A stretch of 64,000 bases of DNA from Candidatus Latescibacterota bacterium (GCA_963662665.2 CAXXJS010000031.1:80583-144582); one strand, 5' to 3'. Shown: positions 37,492-47,905, numbered from the stretch's first letter. Notes: generated by a model not told the origin, from the sequence alone. Numbers and translations: made by a program.

Positions 37492-38811
37492 GTGACGGGC
37501 GAATTGAAGGCCGGCGTTGCCGAGGTCAATATTACACCGCCAATCGGCGTTTCGCTGTGCGGATTCGGCAACCGGGCGGGGCCGGCCGAAACGGTATACG
37601 ACGATTTGTTCGTGCGCGCTTTGGTACTTGACGACGGTCGGACGCGGCTGGCAATCGTCACGTCGGATCTTATTTCATTTGCGCCCGACCTCGTGACGCG
37701 GATACGGGACCTGGTGGAAAGCGCGGCGGGTATACCGGGTGGGTGCCTTCTGTTGAACGGATCCCACTCGCATTCCGGTCCCACGGTGATGTCGTTTCGT
37801 AGCATGGGCCGGCGAGACCAGGCCTATGAGGACGTGCTTTGCCGGCAGGTCGCAGGCGCCGTTCGCATGGCGGTGGACCGGCTGGACGCCGTTTCTATCC
37901 ATGGCGGCCGCGCTCCGGTCAGGATCGCCCATAACAGGCGCGCGCGTCGTGACGGGCACATGACGATCGGACACAACCCGCAGGGCCCCGAAGCCCCCTG
38001 GGTGGACGTGCTCCGCATCGACAACCGTGCGGGTTCCGCGCTCGGTCTTCTATATACGACGGCGGCCCACCCCGTCAACCTGCGCGGCCTGGCGTTCAGC
38101 GCAGAATTTCCGGGATATGCAGCACGCTTTATCCGGCGCGAATTGGACGGTGGGCTTCCGATGTTTGCGCAGGGATGTTGCGGCGACATCAACTGTACGC
38201 CGATGGACGGCACGTTGCGTACAACGATGCAGCAGGGTGAATTGCTGGGAGCCGCTGCCGTCGCCGCCGCCAGGCGCGCGGAACCACTAAGTTCGAATCG
38301 CCTGGGGTCGGAACGACAGGTAATACATCTCCCCACAAGAATACCTTCGGTGGATGAGGCGCAACGTGCGCTCAACGAGCAGAAAGACCGTGTGAGGCAC
38401 GCCGAAAACGACTCCGAGGCGTCCGACTATCTGACGCTTCAGTACAGGGGACAGATCGCCTGGGCAAAGGACTATCTGGCGGCCGCACAGAACCGTCAGC
38501 CCCGGCCTGAAGCCTTCGAGATTCAGGTCTTGCGGATCGGCGAGACGGCGGTGGTAGCCTACCCGGGCGAGATGTTCGTGGATTACCAACTGGAAATGGA
38601 TCGGTCGTCCCCTTTCGAGAAGACGATCACGCTCGGGTTCAGCAACGGATGCATCGGATACGTGCCGACGGCGGTGGCATTTCCGGAAGGCGGTTACGAG
38701 GTTGACCACGCGTTCCGATACTACGGTACGTTGATGATTACGTCGGCCTGTGAACGAATGATCAAATCCGCAACGCTCGAGTTGCTTGACCGGTTGAAAC
38801 GCAACGGCTGA
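37492..38811 (+). CDS. neutral/alkaline ceramidase-like amidohydrolase
   Basis: KAGVAEVNITPP, DDLFVRALVL, SHSHSGP, AAHP, QGCCGD, PGEMF, GYVPT..EGGYE. Confidence 0.8.
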   Translation: MTGELKAGVAEVNITPPIGVSLCGFGNRAGPAETVYDDLFVRALVLDDGRTRLAIVTSDLISFAPDLVTRIRDLVESAAGIPGGCLLLNGSHSHSGPTVMSFRSMGRRDQAYEDVLCRQVAGAVRMAVDRLDAVSIHGGRAPVRIAHNRRARRDGHMTIGHNPQGPEAPWVDVLRIDNRAGSALGLLYTTAAHPVNLRGLAFSAEFPGYAARFIRRELDGGLPMFAQGCCGDINCTPMDGTLRTTMQQGELLGAAAVAAARRAEPLSSNRLGSERQVIHLPTRIPSVDEAQRALNEQKDRVRHAENDSEASDYLTLQYRGQIAWAKDYLAAAQNRQPRPEAFEIQVLRIGETAVVAYPGEMFVDYQLEMDRSSPFEKTITLGFSNGCIGYVPTAVAFPEGGYEVDHAFRYYGTLMITSACERMIKSATLELLDRLKRNG

Positions 38812-38826
38812 AACGAGGAGGCGTAC

Positions 38827-39792
38827 GTGCGTTCTTTGCTGTTGTGCGGTTTGTTGTGTATCGCGGCCACGCCATCAACGGGCGGCGAAATAAAGAAAGA
38901 GTCGTTCGCCGAAGGGACGAATTCGGCGGCGGAGGCATTTGCGCGGTATCGGCCGAAGCGGATAGGGCTCATCGTGTTGGCGTCGGACCGGGACCCGGCT
39001 CTCGGGCTCCGGTACGCAGGGCGGGTCCTGCTAGGTTTCAGCCGCCAGCTTGAAGGGGACCCGTTCCGGATGCCTGGCAGGTACGAACTCCGGCTCTACG
39101 AAGCGATCCGCTCGGCGCTTCACGCCAGGGGATACGATGTACGACATCAGGGCGGCTGGAACGGATCGCGCCTTGGTGAGGTGATTGACCGGGCTCAGGA
39201 CGTGGACGCGGTGTGTGTGGCGCACTACTATATCAAACGCAGCCACAGAATAGGTAATTTCGACGGCTTCAACTGGTCGTCTCCGTTCGAGGGTATGCAT
39301 CTGAATCTTCGGGCGGCGTTCTTCCACGTAGAGAGCAAGGAATCGCTCTACAGGCTTGAAGCGACCACGCTGGGCACAGAGGAACTCTACGCCAGACTGG
39401 GAGAAATGGTGGCCGAGGAACCACTTTATCCGGACGGTTACGACGAGCATGGAAGTCCCAATGCCTACAAGATTGCAGTGTACGAAACGTCACTTCGAGA
39501 CTTGAAACTGGCCGAGCATCCGGTCCCGATAATTCGCACGGCCAAGGGATCACTCGATATCACGTACGACGGCGGATGGATCCGCAAGGGAAGGGTAAGA
39601 TTAAAGAACGTGATGGGACGGCTCAATATTCCCATCCCTGAGGAAGTTGCCAAACAGAACAGCGTATTGGCGCGGATGCTCGAATACGTTCCCTTTCGCC
39701 CCAGAGACGACGATCGAGAGTATTTCGATCTGCTTGGAGTTGCACAAATCGCCCGTTTGGTTCGACAGAGAATTCCCGCGCAAGGCCCGTAG
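38827..39792 (+). CDS. secreted hypothetical protein
   Basis: GAGGAGG RBS, GTG start, signal-like N-terminus; no family recognised. Confidence 0.65.
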   Translation: MRSLLLCGLLCIAATPSTGGEIKKESFAEGTNSAAEAFARYRPKRIGLIVLASDRDPALGLRYAGRVLLGFSRQLEGDPFRMPGRYELRLYEAIRSALHARGYDVRHQGGWNGSRLGEVIDRAQDVDAVCVAHYYIKRSHRIGNFDGFNWSSPFEGMHLNLRAAFFHVESKESLYRLEATTLGTEELYARLGEMVAEEPLYPDGYDEHGSPNAYKIAVYETSLRDLKLAEHPVPIIRTAKGSLDITYDGGWIRKGRVRLKNVMGRLNIPIPEEVAKQNSVLARMLEYVPFRPRDDDREYFDLLGVAQIARLVRQRIPAQGP

Positions 39793-39897
39793 GAGGATTC
39801 GTGGAACGGTACTGCCACGGGACGCGTCTGCTAAGAGCGTTTGCGGGAAAAACGTCCGGCCGTTCGGTCCCAATTCAGAAGAAATGGATACGAATAC

Positions 39898-40893
39898 ATG
39901 AATAAATTCAAGCAGGCAGAGGTGAAGCTGACGCCGGACATCTCGGGAATAAAGCTGGAAACCGAATTTTTCTCGCTCGTTGTCGCGCCCGAACTGGGCG
40001 GGAAGATAACGTCTCTCGTCAATAAGACGACCGGCCGCGAATTTCTTTCGCGAACCAATATTCCTTACAGAAGCCGGACGTACGCGGACCGCTTCGAGAA
40101 TTACGAACGCGACGGGGCGGACGAGTGTTTTCCAACCGTCGAAGCCTGTCCGTATCCTGTTTTTCCCTGGGATGGTGTGTCGGTACCGGACCATGGAGAG
40201 GTCTGGACGCTTCCATGGCAGTACGAAGTCAAACAGGGGCGCCTTCAGATGTGGGTCAGGGGCGTGCGGTTTCCGTACGTGTTTAAACGTGACATCCGCT
40301 TCGACACATTGGCGCGCGGCGCGAAACCCTATATTCGCCTTTCCTACACTGTCGAGAATGAGAGCCCGTTTGAAATGCCGTTCGTCTATGCTTTCCATCC
40401 ACTTTTCAAAGCGGAAACCCGCGCGCGCATCCTGGTGCCTTCCGGCACGGACGTGGTTTCATACATGAGTACGGAAGACCGCCTGGGGCCGCCAATGACA
40501 CGGCATGTCTGGCCTAAGGTAACGGATCTGACCCTGGACAAGGAATATAACCGATCGTCCATCCGATCCAGCCGTACCAAAGAGGCCGAGAAGCTCTTTT
40601 CCACACGTATGGAGCAGGGCCGCTGCGCGTTGGTCTATCCGAACGGAGAGTTTATCGGTTTTCTGTTTCCGGCCAAAAAGCTCCCGCATCTGGGCTTATG
40701 GATAAATGAGGGCGGCTGGAACAACCTCCACCACGTGGCTCTGGAACCCTCTACGTCGCAGGTCGACCGCCTGGATACAGCGTGGGGGCTGAGGGCCTGC
40801 GGGGTCGTGCCGGCAAACGGCCAATCCGAATGGGATATCAGCCTGATTCTGGGCGAAGGCGACGAACGTCAGGAATTGCTCGGGGAGTTCTGA
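39898..40893 (+). CDS. galactose mutarotase-like / aldose 1-epimerase superfamily protein
   Basis: PELGGKITSL, GADECFPTV, PDHGEVW, YAFHPLF, LGLWINEGGW, ALEP. Confidence 0.75.
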   Translation: MNKFKQAEVKLTPDISGIKLETEFFSLVVAPELGGKITSLVNKTTGREFLSRTNIPYRSRTYADRFENYERDGADECFPTVEACPYPVFPWDGVSVPDHGEVWTLPWQYEVKQGRLQMWVRGVRFPYVFKRDIRFDTLARGAKPYIRLSYTVENESPFEMPFVYAFHPLFKAETRARILVPSGTDVVSYMSTEDRLGPPMTRHVWPKVTDLTLDKEYNRSSIRSSRTKEAEKLFSTRMEQGRCALVYPNGEFIGFLFPAKKLPHLGLWINEGGWNNLHHVALEPSTSQVDRLDTAWGLRACGVVPANGQSEWDISLILGEGDERQELLGEF

Positions 40894-40894
40894 T

Positions 40895-42271
40895 GTGAGA
40901 CTGCTCGCCATAGTGCTTCTTGTCGGATTCATTCCTGCAGTGACTCACGCTCAGTCGCGGCTGGAAGAAATGGTTTTGGTGCAGAGCGGGCTGGAACGGT
41001 TTTACATGAGCCGGCACGAGGTGACCGTCGAACAGATGAAGGCATTCGATGCGGAATATCACCCGGCATACACCTATTTCGATGATGCAAAAATGCCTGC
41101 CACCGCGATCACGTTCACACAGGCGAAAGCATACTGCGAAGCACAGGGTAAACGGCTCCCCACTTCCGACGAATGGGTCGTGGCATGCGGGGGTCTGGAG
41201 GCAACGGCTTACGCGTACGGGAACAACTACGACCCCAACCACGCGCGGGTGGGCCGGAGGAACTGGACCGACGGCCCCAAGGCGGTGATGAGCTTCGACA
41301 AAAACAGGGCAGGGTTGTACGACATGTCCGGGAACGTGTGGGAATGGGTGGACGACGGAGGCGACGAGGGCGGGATGCAGAAAGTATACGGCGGATCCTG
41401 GACGGATGGTCCCAGCATGACCCGGTGCGGTTCCGCGAGACGGGCGAAAGTCGATCTGAAATCGTTGAATTACGGATTCCGGTGCGCCCGCTCGCTGACG
41501 GACGCCGACCGGACCCGCCTGGCCGAGGCCGAGGCGGAGGCGCGTCGCAGAATTCAGGCGCGCGTCCGCAGGGAAGCCGCCCGCCGCAAGGCCGCAATCA
41601 AGGCCGCTGAGACGGCCCGTATTGCCAAAATTGAAGCAAAAGCCAAAACTGCCCGCGCGGCCGAATTAGCCGAAGAACAGGCCCGCGCGGCCGAGAAGGA
41701 GCGGAAAGCGGCGGCTTTTGCGAAGAGAGTCGAGGGCATGCTGAAGGTCGAGACCTCTGCTTACCAGACTTTCTATATTGATCCCCACGAAGTCAACGTC
41801 GAGGCGTTTCAGGCGTTCGACGCATCTTACAGGCCGGATGAATTCTCGGACGCTCCACGGATGCCGGCCACCGGAATCACGCACGAACAGGCGCAGGCCT
41901 ACTGCGGCTCGCTCGGCAAGAGGCTGCCCACGGCGGAAGAATGGGTGGCGGCCTGTGTAGGGGAGGCGGGAAACATCTATTCCTATGGCAAGCGTTACGA
42001 TCCCGGCAGCGGCCGGACCGGCCTGGCGTGGGACGCGGGGGCTGCGGAAGTGGCAAAAGGAGCCCCCAACGTTTACGGCGTCAGGGATATGGTGGGCAAC
42101 GTGTGGGAGTGGGTGGATGGATGGTATGGAAAAAACAGAGAACTACGCGCCATATACGGCGGGTCATGGCTTGACAACGAAAAACGGGCGAAATGTACCG
42201 GCGCGGGTTGGGCAGAACCCCATGAAAGACGGTCCGACGTCGGATTTCGCTGTGCGGTGGGAGTTGAATAG
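40895..42271 (+). CDS. secreted protein with two FGE-sulfatase (SUMF1-like) domains and a coiled-coil linker
   Basis: Each of these occurs twice: HEV, KRLPTxxEW, DMxGNVWEWV, YGGSW, GFRCA. An Ala/Glu/Arg/Lys-rich linker lies between the domains. Confidence 0.85.
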   Translation: MRLLAIVLLVGFIPAVTHAQSRLEEMVLVQSGLERFYMSRHEVTVEQMKAFDAEYHPAYTYFDDAKMPATAITFTQAKAYCEAQGKRLPTSDEWVVACGGLEATAYAYGNNYDPNHARVGRRNWTDGPKAVMSFDKNRAGLYDMSGNVWEWVDDGGDEGGMQKVYGGSWTDGPSMTRCGSARRAKVDLKSLNYGFRCARSLTDADRTRLAEAEAEARRRIQARVRREAARRKAAIKAAETARIAKIEAKAKTARAAELAEEQARAAEKERKAAAFAKRVEGMLKVETSAYQTFYIDPHEVNVEAFQAFDASYRPDEFSDAPRMPATGITHEQAQAYCGSLGKRLPTAEEWVAACVGEAGNIYSYGKRYDPGSGRTGLAWDAGAAEVAKGAPNVYGVRDMVGNVWEWVDGWYGKNRELRAIYGGSWLDNEKRAKCTGAGWAEPHERRSDVGFRCAVGVE

Positions 42272-42273
42272 GG

Positions 42274-43755
42274 ATGTGTAAATCCATTTGCGGGCGCCCG
42301 CGCCCGGTTACTCGATCTGTCTGGATAATTCTGTTCTGTATTGCGGCGTGGAGTTGCGGCGTCAGTCATCAGGAAGTGGAACTGGCCGAAAAAGACGCGT
42401 TGACCACCGTGTTCGGCCTTGTTCACAGCGGCAAACTGGACGGCGCCCTGGTTGCGGAGGCCGTAACGGTACTGAGCGGGCTGGAAAGCGCGGATGCGAA
42501 TTCCGCATTTCTAACATTGCTGGGCCATCCCGATGAAATCGTAGTTCTGCGGGCAGTCGAAGCACTTGGAAAACAGAATGGTCCGGGTGCTGTCAACGCA
42601 CTTGAGGGACTGTTCGAAGAAACGGATAACGCTTTAGTGAAAGTGGAAGTTGCGGCGGCGCTTGATCGTCTGAACCCGGAGTCGATGAGTCCATGGCTGG
42701 CGGAAACACTCGGGGACGGCCAAATGAGCATGGTCCGGTCCAAAGCCGCCGCCGCGCTCGGTCAACTGGGAAACGCGGCAACCGTTCCGGCTCTCCGACG
42801 AGCCTTTGGGGAAGATCCGGATCCGGTTGTCCGATCCGCCGCAGCATTGGCGCTTGCCCGGGTGGGGGATCTGCAGAGTTTGTCCGCGGTTGCCGATACC
42901 CTGTTAAAAACAAAACAGCTTTCCACCTCGCTCGTCATGGTGGAGGCTCTTGAGCAATTCGGCACAGGCGAAGCGATCAACCACCTCGAGACGGTGGCGA
43001 AACAGAAAACGTGGCAACAGTCCCTGCGAATCCGCTGTTTCGAAGCGCTGGGGGGAATGTCGGCAACGTCGATTGGCGCCTATCTCAAGGAGCGTTTGAT
43101 GGAGGAGGGAGACGCTTCGGACCGGGTACTGGCCGCTGAGGGATTGGGGTGGATTCAGGATTCAACGGCCGTGGATCTCCTGCGATCCGCGTTCTTCAGC
43201 CCCGGGAATCAGCCGATCCGGCTCAGCGCGGCGTGGTCCCTGTCAAGACTCGGACACGGAGCCGAGATTTCAGAGGAACTGGAAGACGACTTGAAAAGTG
43301 TACACGCCGGGTTCCGGCGTCGGTCGGCGGAAATTCTGGGGATCATCGGTGATGCAGGACGGATCCCGGCCCTGAAGAATGCGTTCTCGCAAAGCAGGCA
43401 GTTTTCCGTCCATCGGGCGATTGTACAGGCTCTGGGTAATATCGCCGATGCCGAGGCCGTCGCGGTTCTGATGTGGGCATTTCATCAGGATGTGTCGCTG
43501 GAAATCAGAGAAACCATTGTAGAAGCGCTTGGACAGATGACGCTGGGCGTGGCGCACAGGGCGCTGGCGGAGATCCTCGAACAAAGCGAAGAAGTGATCC
43601 TTCAGGCAGCGGCTCTGAGAGGATTGGCACAGTCGCGCGACCTGAAACAGTTGCGGACGCTGCGGTCGTACCTCAATAACCCGGAACCGGGCCTTCGCCT
43701 GGAAGCAGCAAGGGGAATCTTTGAACTGGCCCGCGCCGGAAATCAACCCGGCTGA
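42274..43755 (+). CDS. HEAT-repeat (PBS-lyase type) protein, probable lipoprotein
   Basis: Repeated VRxxAAxALGxxG units; AWSC lipobox-like sequence. Confidence 0.85.
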   Translation: MCKSICGRPRPVTRSVWIILFCIAAWSCGVSHQEVELAEKDALTTVFGLVHSGKLDGALVAEAVTVLSGLESADANSAFLTLLGHPDEIVVLRAVEALGKQNGPGAVNALEGLFEETDNALVKVEVAAALDRLNPESMSPWLAETLGDGQMSMVRSKAAAALGQLGNAATVPALRRAFGEDPDPVVRSAAALALARVGDLQSLSAVADTLLKTKQLSTSLVMVEALEQFGTGEAINHLETVAKQKTWQQSLRIRCFEALGGMSATSIGAYLKERLMEEGDASDRVLAAEGLGWIQDSTAVDLLRSAFFSPGNQPIRLSAAWSLSRLGHGAEISEELEDDLKSVHAGFRRRSAEILGIIGDAGRIPALKNAFSQSRQFSVHRAIVQALGNIADAEAVAVLMWAFHQDVSLEIRETIVEALGQMTLGVAHRALAEILEQSEEVILQAAALRGLAQSRDLKQLRTLRSYLNNPEPGLRLEAARGIFELARAGNQPG

Positions 43756-43802
43756 CTCCGGTGTCAATTATCCACGCATCGTAATGAGAGATTGAACGAC
43801 AG

Positions 43803-44993
43803 ATGAGTATCCGCCGCAAAATCCCGGTCTGGATGTTTTCGGTCGGTATCCTGGTATCGAGCGCATTGTCACAGACCACCAACGACATCGATTTCGACGA
43901 TAACGATGTGATCGATTTCGGGGATTTTGTACTCCTGGCGCGGGCATTCGGCACAGGGGATACGCGGTATGACCTCAACGGTGACGGCTCAGTCGACCTG
44001 CAGGATTTCCTGATCTTCGCACGCCTTTATGACAAAGCCCAACATACGGTAATGCACTCTCATGTAGATGAGGAAGTCGCTGTAGGGACCGTGGATTTCT
44101 ATGCGGTGCCGAGGCTGGGAAGCCAGCCGCACGACGTCGTGGTGGACGTACTGGGCCGCGTCTGGTTCACGCAAACGGGTGCAAACCAGATCGGTCGCCT
44201 CGACCCGTCAACCGAATCATTTGCTGAATACCCGTTGCCGACCCCCGGAGGACGGCCGGACCGGCTTGCCGTTGACGGTCGCGGGGTCGTCTGGTTCACG
44301 GACATCGTTGCGAACGCGATCGGCAGTCTGGATCCTATTTCCGGCGAGATCCGGGTATATAGCGTACCCACGCCGGGCAGCCGACCGAGGGGTCTCGTAT
44401 TCGACCGCAAGGGGTACCTCTGGTTCACGCAGGAATCAGGCAATCAGATCGGCCGATTCGATCCCGACCGCGGCACGTTCGATGAGTATCCTGTTTTCAC
44501 GTCTTCCGCAGGTCTGGACCAGATTCTGATCGATAGTGACGGCGTGCTGGTATTTGTGGAACGCACCGCCGGGAAATTCGGCCGGATGAATCCGGAGACG
44601 AAAGAGATCGTGGAGATCGGGATACCCGTCCAGGATTTGACCATCAGGCAGTTCGTACTGGATGCCGGAGGACAGATCTGGTTTTCCGCGAATTCCTATC
44701 AGTTGCACACGTGGGACCTTCTGGGGACCGGAAATTTCGCGAGCTATATCCTGCCTGAAGACGGGCCCGATCCAACCTCCCTGGCCGTGGACCTGAATGG
44801 GCGTATCTGGTATGCAGGTGATGAATCGCGATACGTCGCGCGATTCGATCCCGAGTCGTCCAGCGTTCGGATTCTTGAGTTGCCGTCTTCGGTCTCGGGC
44901 GTCGGACGGCTGACGGTTGATCGGCTCGGCGGGATCTGGTTTTCCGACCCGTCCGGAAACAGGATCGGAAAGGTCGAGGATATCGGGCCGTGA
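43803..44993 (+). CDS. secreted Vgb-like beta-propeller with N-terminal dockerin/EF-hand-like module
   Basis: DFDDNDVIDFGDF..YDLNGDGSVDLQDF, followed by repeats of VDxxGxVWFT..NxIGRLDP..EYPxPT. Confidence 0.8.
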   Translation: MSIRRKIPVWMFSVGILVSSALSQTTNDIDFDDNDVIDFGDFVLLARAFGTGDTRYDLNGDGSVDLQDFLIFARLYDKAQHTVMHSHVDEEVAVGTVDFYAVPRLGSQPHDVVVDVLGRVWFTQTGANQIGRLDPSTESFAEYPLPTPGGRPDRLAVDGRGVVWFTDIVANAIGSLDPISGEIRVYSVPTPGSRPRGLVFDRKGYLWFTQESGNQIGRFDPDRGTFDEYPVFTSSAGLDQILIDSDGVLVFVERTAGKFGRMNPETKEIVEIGIPVQDLTIRQFVLDAGGQIWFSANSYQLHTWDLLGTGNFASYILPEDGPDPTSLAVDLNGRIWYAGDESRYVARFDPESSSVRILELPSSVSGVGRLTVDRLGGIWFSDPSGNRIGKVEDIGP

Positions 44994-45019
44994 ACCGTCT
45001 GTTTCATCGCTTGCCACAC

Positions 45020-45050
45020 GCGTCTCAGTCTTGTGGACTGAGACGCTTTT
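45020..45050 (+). terminator. intrinsic terminator
   Basis: GCGTCTCAGTC-TTGTG-GACTGAGACGC-TTTT, 11-bp perfect stem. Confidence 0.85.
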
Positions 45051-45084
45051 GTTATGTGCAATGCCGGAAGACAATAAAAAGAAA

Positions 45085-45113
45085 TTGACAGGGATGGGGG
45101 TCTTCGGTACCAT
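45085..45113 (+). promoter_or_regulatory. sigma70-type promoter of the ABC operon
   Basis: TTGACA, 17-nt spacer, TACCAT. Confidence 0.6.
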
Positions 45114-45170
45114 TTCGACCGGGTTTGCGGGAAGGAAACAGGCACCTCAATCGAAGCCGGTGGGCCAGCC

Positions 45171-46733
45171 GTGAAGTTTCGAATTCTACCGTTGATTTGC
45201 TTCTTTACGCTCAATCCCGTCACTCCTTTCGCGATGGATCGGCTGGTATTGATTTCGCCGCATCCGGACGGCGTTCAGAACGAATTCGAGACGGCGTTCA
45301 AATCTCACTACGCCAGGCTGACCGGCCGGCAGATCGTCCTGGAATGGCTCGACGTGGGCGGCGGCACCAGTTCCATTCTGAGATATATCAAATCGGAGTA
45401 CAGGCGTGCGCCGGGTGGAATCGGTATTGATATTTTCTTCGGCGGAGGCATGGATCCGTTTATGGAAATTGCCGATATGGGCCTTTGCTCGACCCATCGC
45501 CTTCCGGTCGATCTACTGAATCGTCTGCCGCGGAAGATCGGCGGCGTGCCGCTCTACGATCCCGACTACCGCTGGTACGGCGCCACCCTGGCGGGCTTCG
45601 GAATTGTGTACAACCGGGCAGTACTCGAGCTCGTGAAACTGCCGATACCGCGAACCTGGGCCGATCTGGGAGATGCGAGGTTGTTTTCGTGGGTGGGGTC
45701 GGGAGATCCCAGAAGCAGTGGCAGCGTACACATGGCCTATGAGTTGATGCTGCAGGCATACGGCTGGGAGCGGGGTTGGGAGGTCATCACGACGCTGGGC
45801 GCGAATGTCCGCAACTTCACGTCCGGGGGCTCTCAGGCGCCCAAGGATGTTGCCGTTGGCGAAGTGGCCTACGGTCTGTCCATCGACTTCTATGCCTGGG
45901 CCCAGGTAAGCCAGGCAGGAGAAGAATACATCGGATTCACGATGCCCGACAATCTGACCATTGTCAATCCCGACGGCGTGGCCATCCTTAAAGGCGCACC
46001 GAACCGCCCGGCGGCGCGGCGATTTGTTGAGTTTGTCATGTCGGATGCGGGCCAGAAACTCTGGTTTCTGAAAAAAGGAGTTTCGGGCGGCCCCGTGGAA
46101 ACGGCATTGAACCGGTTTACGGTATTGCCCGACCTCTATCGGCGGTACAGCGATGAAGCCGCCGTTTCGTTGAACCCGTTCGAGTGGACGTCGGACCTCG
46201 TCTATGACTCAGACAAGGCGTCCGCCCGGTGGCGCGTGTTAAACGATCTGATCGGCGTTATGGTGATCGATTCCCATGAACAGCTGCAGAACGCCTGGAA
46301 AAAGGCGATTGAAGAAGGAACTGCACTCGAGAGTATCGGCCGGCTCTCTGCTGTACCCGTCAGCGAGGAAGCATGCGGTAGGCTGGGCGCCCGCTGGCGG
46401 GACCCGGAACTGCGCAACAAGACCCTGGCGGCCTGGACCGAATTCGCCCGTAAAAAATACGGCGGCGGCGACCCTCCGATTCAGACGCGTCTTTTGAACT
46501 GGCTGACACTCCTGTTTCCCGTGGGCCTTGCGGGGGCCATGGTATTCTACCTTGGAAAGATTTCGCCCCGATCGGTTCGACGATACATCGTACCCGCGGT
46601 ATTCGGCGTTGCTATTCTGCTGAGTGCCCTTGAAATCTCTATTGTTCCAACACCGATTCTGGTGCTGTTGATCATTTCGTGCGCATCAGTCATGTTTTGG
46701 CGGACGTTCCGTCGCGGATGCACCGGTTCCTGA
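45171..46733 (+). CDS. Fe3+/AfuA-type ABC substrate-binding protein with C-terminal membrane segments
   Basis: LVLISPH, DIFFGGG, FGIVYN, DPRSSGS, NPDGVAILKGAPN..FVEFVMS, then a hydrophobic C-terminal tail. Confidence 0.85.
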   Translation: MKFRILPLICFFTLNPVTPFAMDRLVLISPHPDGVQNEFETAFKSHYARLTGRQIVLEWLDVGGGTSSILRYIKSEYRRAPGGIGIDIFFGGGMDPFMEIADMGLCSTHRLPVDLLNRLPRKIGGVPLYDPDYRWYGATLAGFGIVYNRAVLELVKLPIPRTWADLGDARLFSWVGSGDPRSSGSVHMAYELMLQAYGWERGWEVITTLGANVRNFTSGGSQAPKDVAVGEVAYGLSIDFYAWAQVSQAGEEYIGFTMPDNLTIVNPDGVAILKGAPNRPAARRFVEFVMSDAGQKLWFLKKGVSGGPVETALNRFTVLPDLYRRYSDEAAVSLNPFEWTSDLVYDSDKASARWRVLNDLIGVMVIDSHEQLQNAWKKAIEEGTALESIGRLSAVPVSEEACGRLGARWRDPELRNKTLAAWTEFARKKYGGGDPPIQTRLLNWLTLLFPVGLAGAMVFYLGKISPRSVRRYIVPAVFGVAILLSALEISIVPTPILVLLIISCASVMFWRTFRRGCTGS

Positions 46734-46813
46734 GGATGATGGGTCTGGCCCCCCCCGGCGGCGACCGTACTCCAGTGGAATGCCCCGGTAAATTCCAGAC
46801 TTGAGGACAGTCA

Positions 46814-47905
46814 ATGGTTCGTGTTCGCCTGAAGGGTGTCTCCAAACGATTCGGCAGTGTTTTCGCCGTAGAACGCGTCGATCTGGAAATCAAAAAAGGG
46901 GAGTTTTTCTTTCTGCTGGGACCTTCGGGATGCGGTAAAACCACGCTGTTGAGACTGATCGCCGGATTCTACAGACCGGAACGCGGCCGGGTGTTTTTTG
47001 ACGAACGGGACATCACCGACGTACCGCCCGAAAAGCGGAACACGGGACTGGTCTTCCAGAACTATGCGCTTTGGCCGCACATGACGGTCTGGCAAAACGT
47101 GGAATACGGACTTTCCATGCGCAACATTGCGCCCCGGGAACGCACTGAACGGATCCGGTCTGCTTTGGATATGGTGCGAATGGAATCCTACAGGGACAGA
47201 TCGCCCAACCAGCTGTCGGGCGGACAGCAGCAGCGCGTGGCGCTGGCGCGTGCACTGGTAATCGAACCCGACGTGGTATTGCTGGACGAGCCGCTCTCCA
47301 ATCTCGATGCCCGCTTGCGGCTGGAGATGCGGGAACAGATTCAGGCGCTCCATCGAAACCTCGGCGTCACCATGATTTATGTGACCCACGATCAGAAGGA
47401 GGCGCTTGCGATGGCCAGTCGTGTCGCGGTGATGCAAGCTGGGCGGGTGGTGCAGACCGGCGCCCCCCGGACGTTGTATTCGCGGCCCGACAACCGATTT
47501 GTCGCGGATTTCATTGGTGAAATCAATCTGCTTTCGGGAAGGGTTGTTCGACTTGGCGAGAAAATCGGCGTAGAGACAGCCGCGGGGTTGTTCTTTGGAC
47601 GGTCGGGTTACGACGGTATCAGGAAAGACGACCTCGTGTTATGCGCCATTCGGCCCGAGGCCATGGAATTCCTCACGGGGCCGCCCGGCGAAGCAGATCA
47701 TGTCGTTTGCGGAACGATCCGGAACACGATCTATCTTGGCGAGATGGAACAGTATGTTGTTGACCTGCCAGACGGGACGCAGGTGAAACTGGTAGACCAC
47801 CACCCGCTTATTCAGAAAGCGTTCCCGGGCGATCGAGTCAGCATCCGGTTCGCTCAGGACGCGATTTCCATACTTCGGGACGAAGGTGAAAACAGTTCTG
47901 CTTGA
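46814..47905 (+). CDS. ABC ATP-binding protein (FbpC/PotA-like)
   Basis: [41 protein letters not shown]. Confidence 0.93.
   Translation: MVRVRLKGVSKRFGSVFAVERVDLEIKKGEFFFLLGPSGCGKTTLLRLIAGFYRPERGRVFFDERDITDVPPEKRNTGLVFQNYALWPHMTVWQNVEYGLSMRNIAPRERTERIRSALDMVRMESYRDRSPNQLSGGQQQRVALARALVIEPDVVLLDEPLSNLDARLRLEMREQIQALHRNLGVTMIYVTHDQKEALAMASRVAVMQAGRVVQTGAPRTLYSRPDNRFVADFIGEINLLSGRVVRLGEKIGVETAAGLFFGRSGYDGIRKDDLVLCAIRPEAMEFLTGPPGEADHVVCGTIRNTIYLGEMEQYVVDLPDGTQVKLVDHHPLIQKAFPGDRVSIRFAQDAISILRDEGENSSA

Noticed and set aside
40895-42271. Diversity-generating retroelement (FGE/CLec target with TR/VR)
   Set aside because: The two domain ends differ at all base types, not just adenines, and there is no reverse transcriptase in the window.
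43803-44993. Virginiamycin resistance gene vgb
   Set aside because: Similarity is at fold level only; the signal peptide and docking-like module point to another role.
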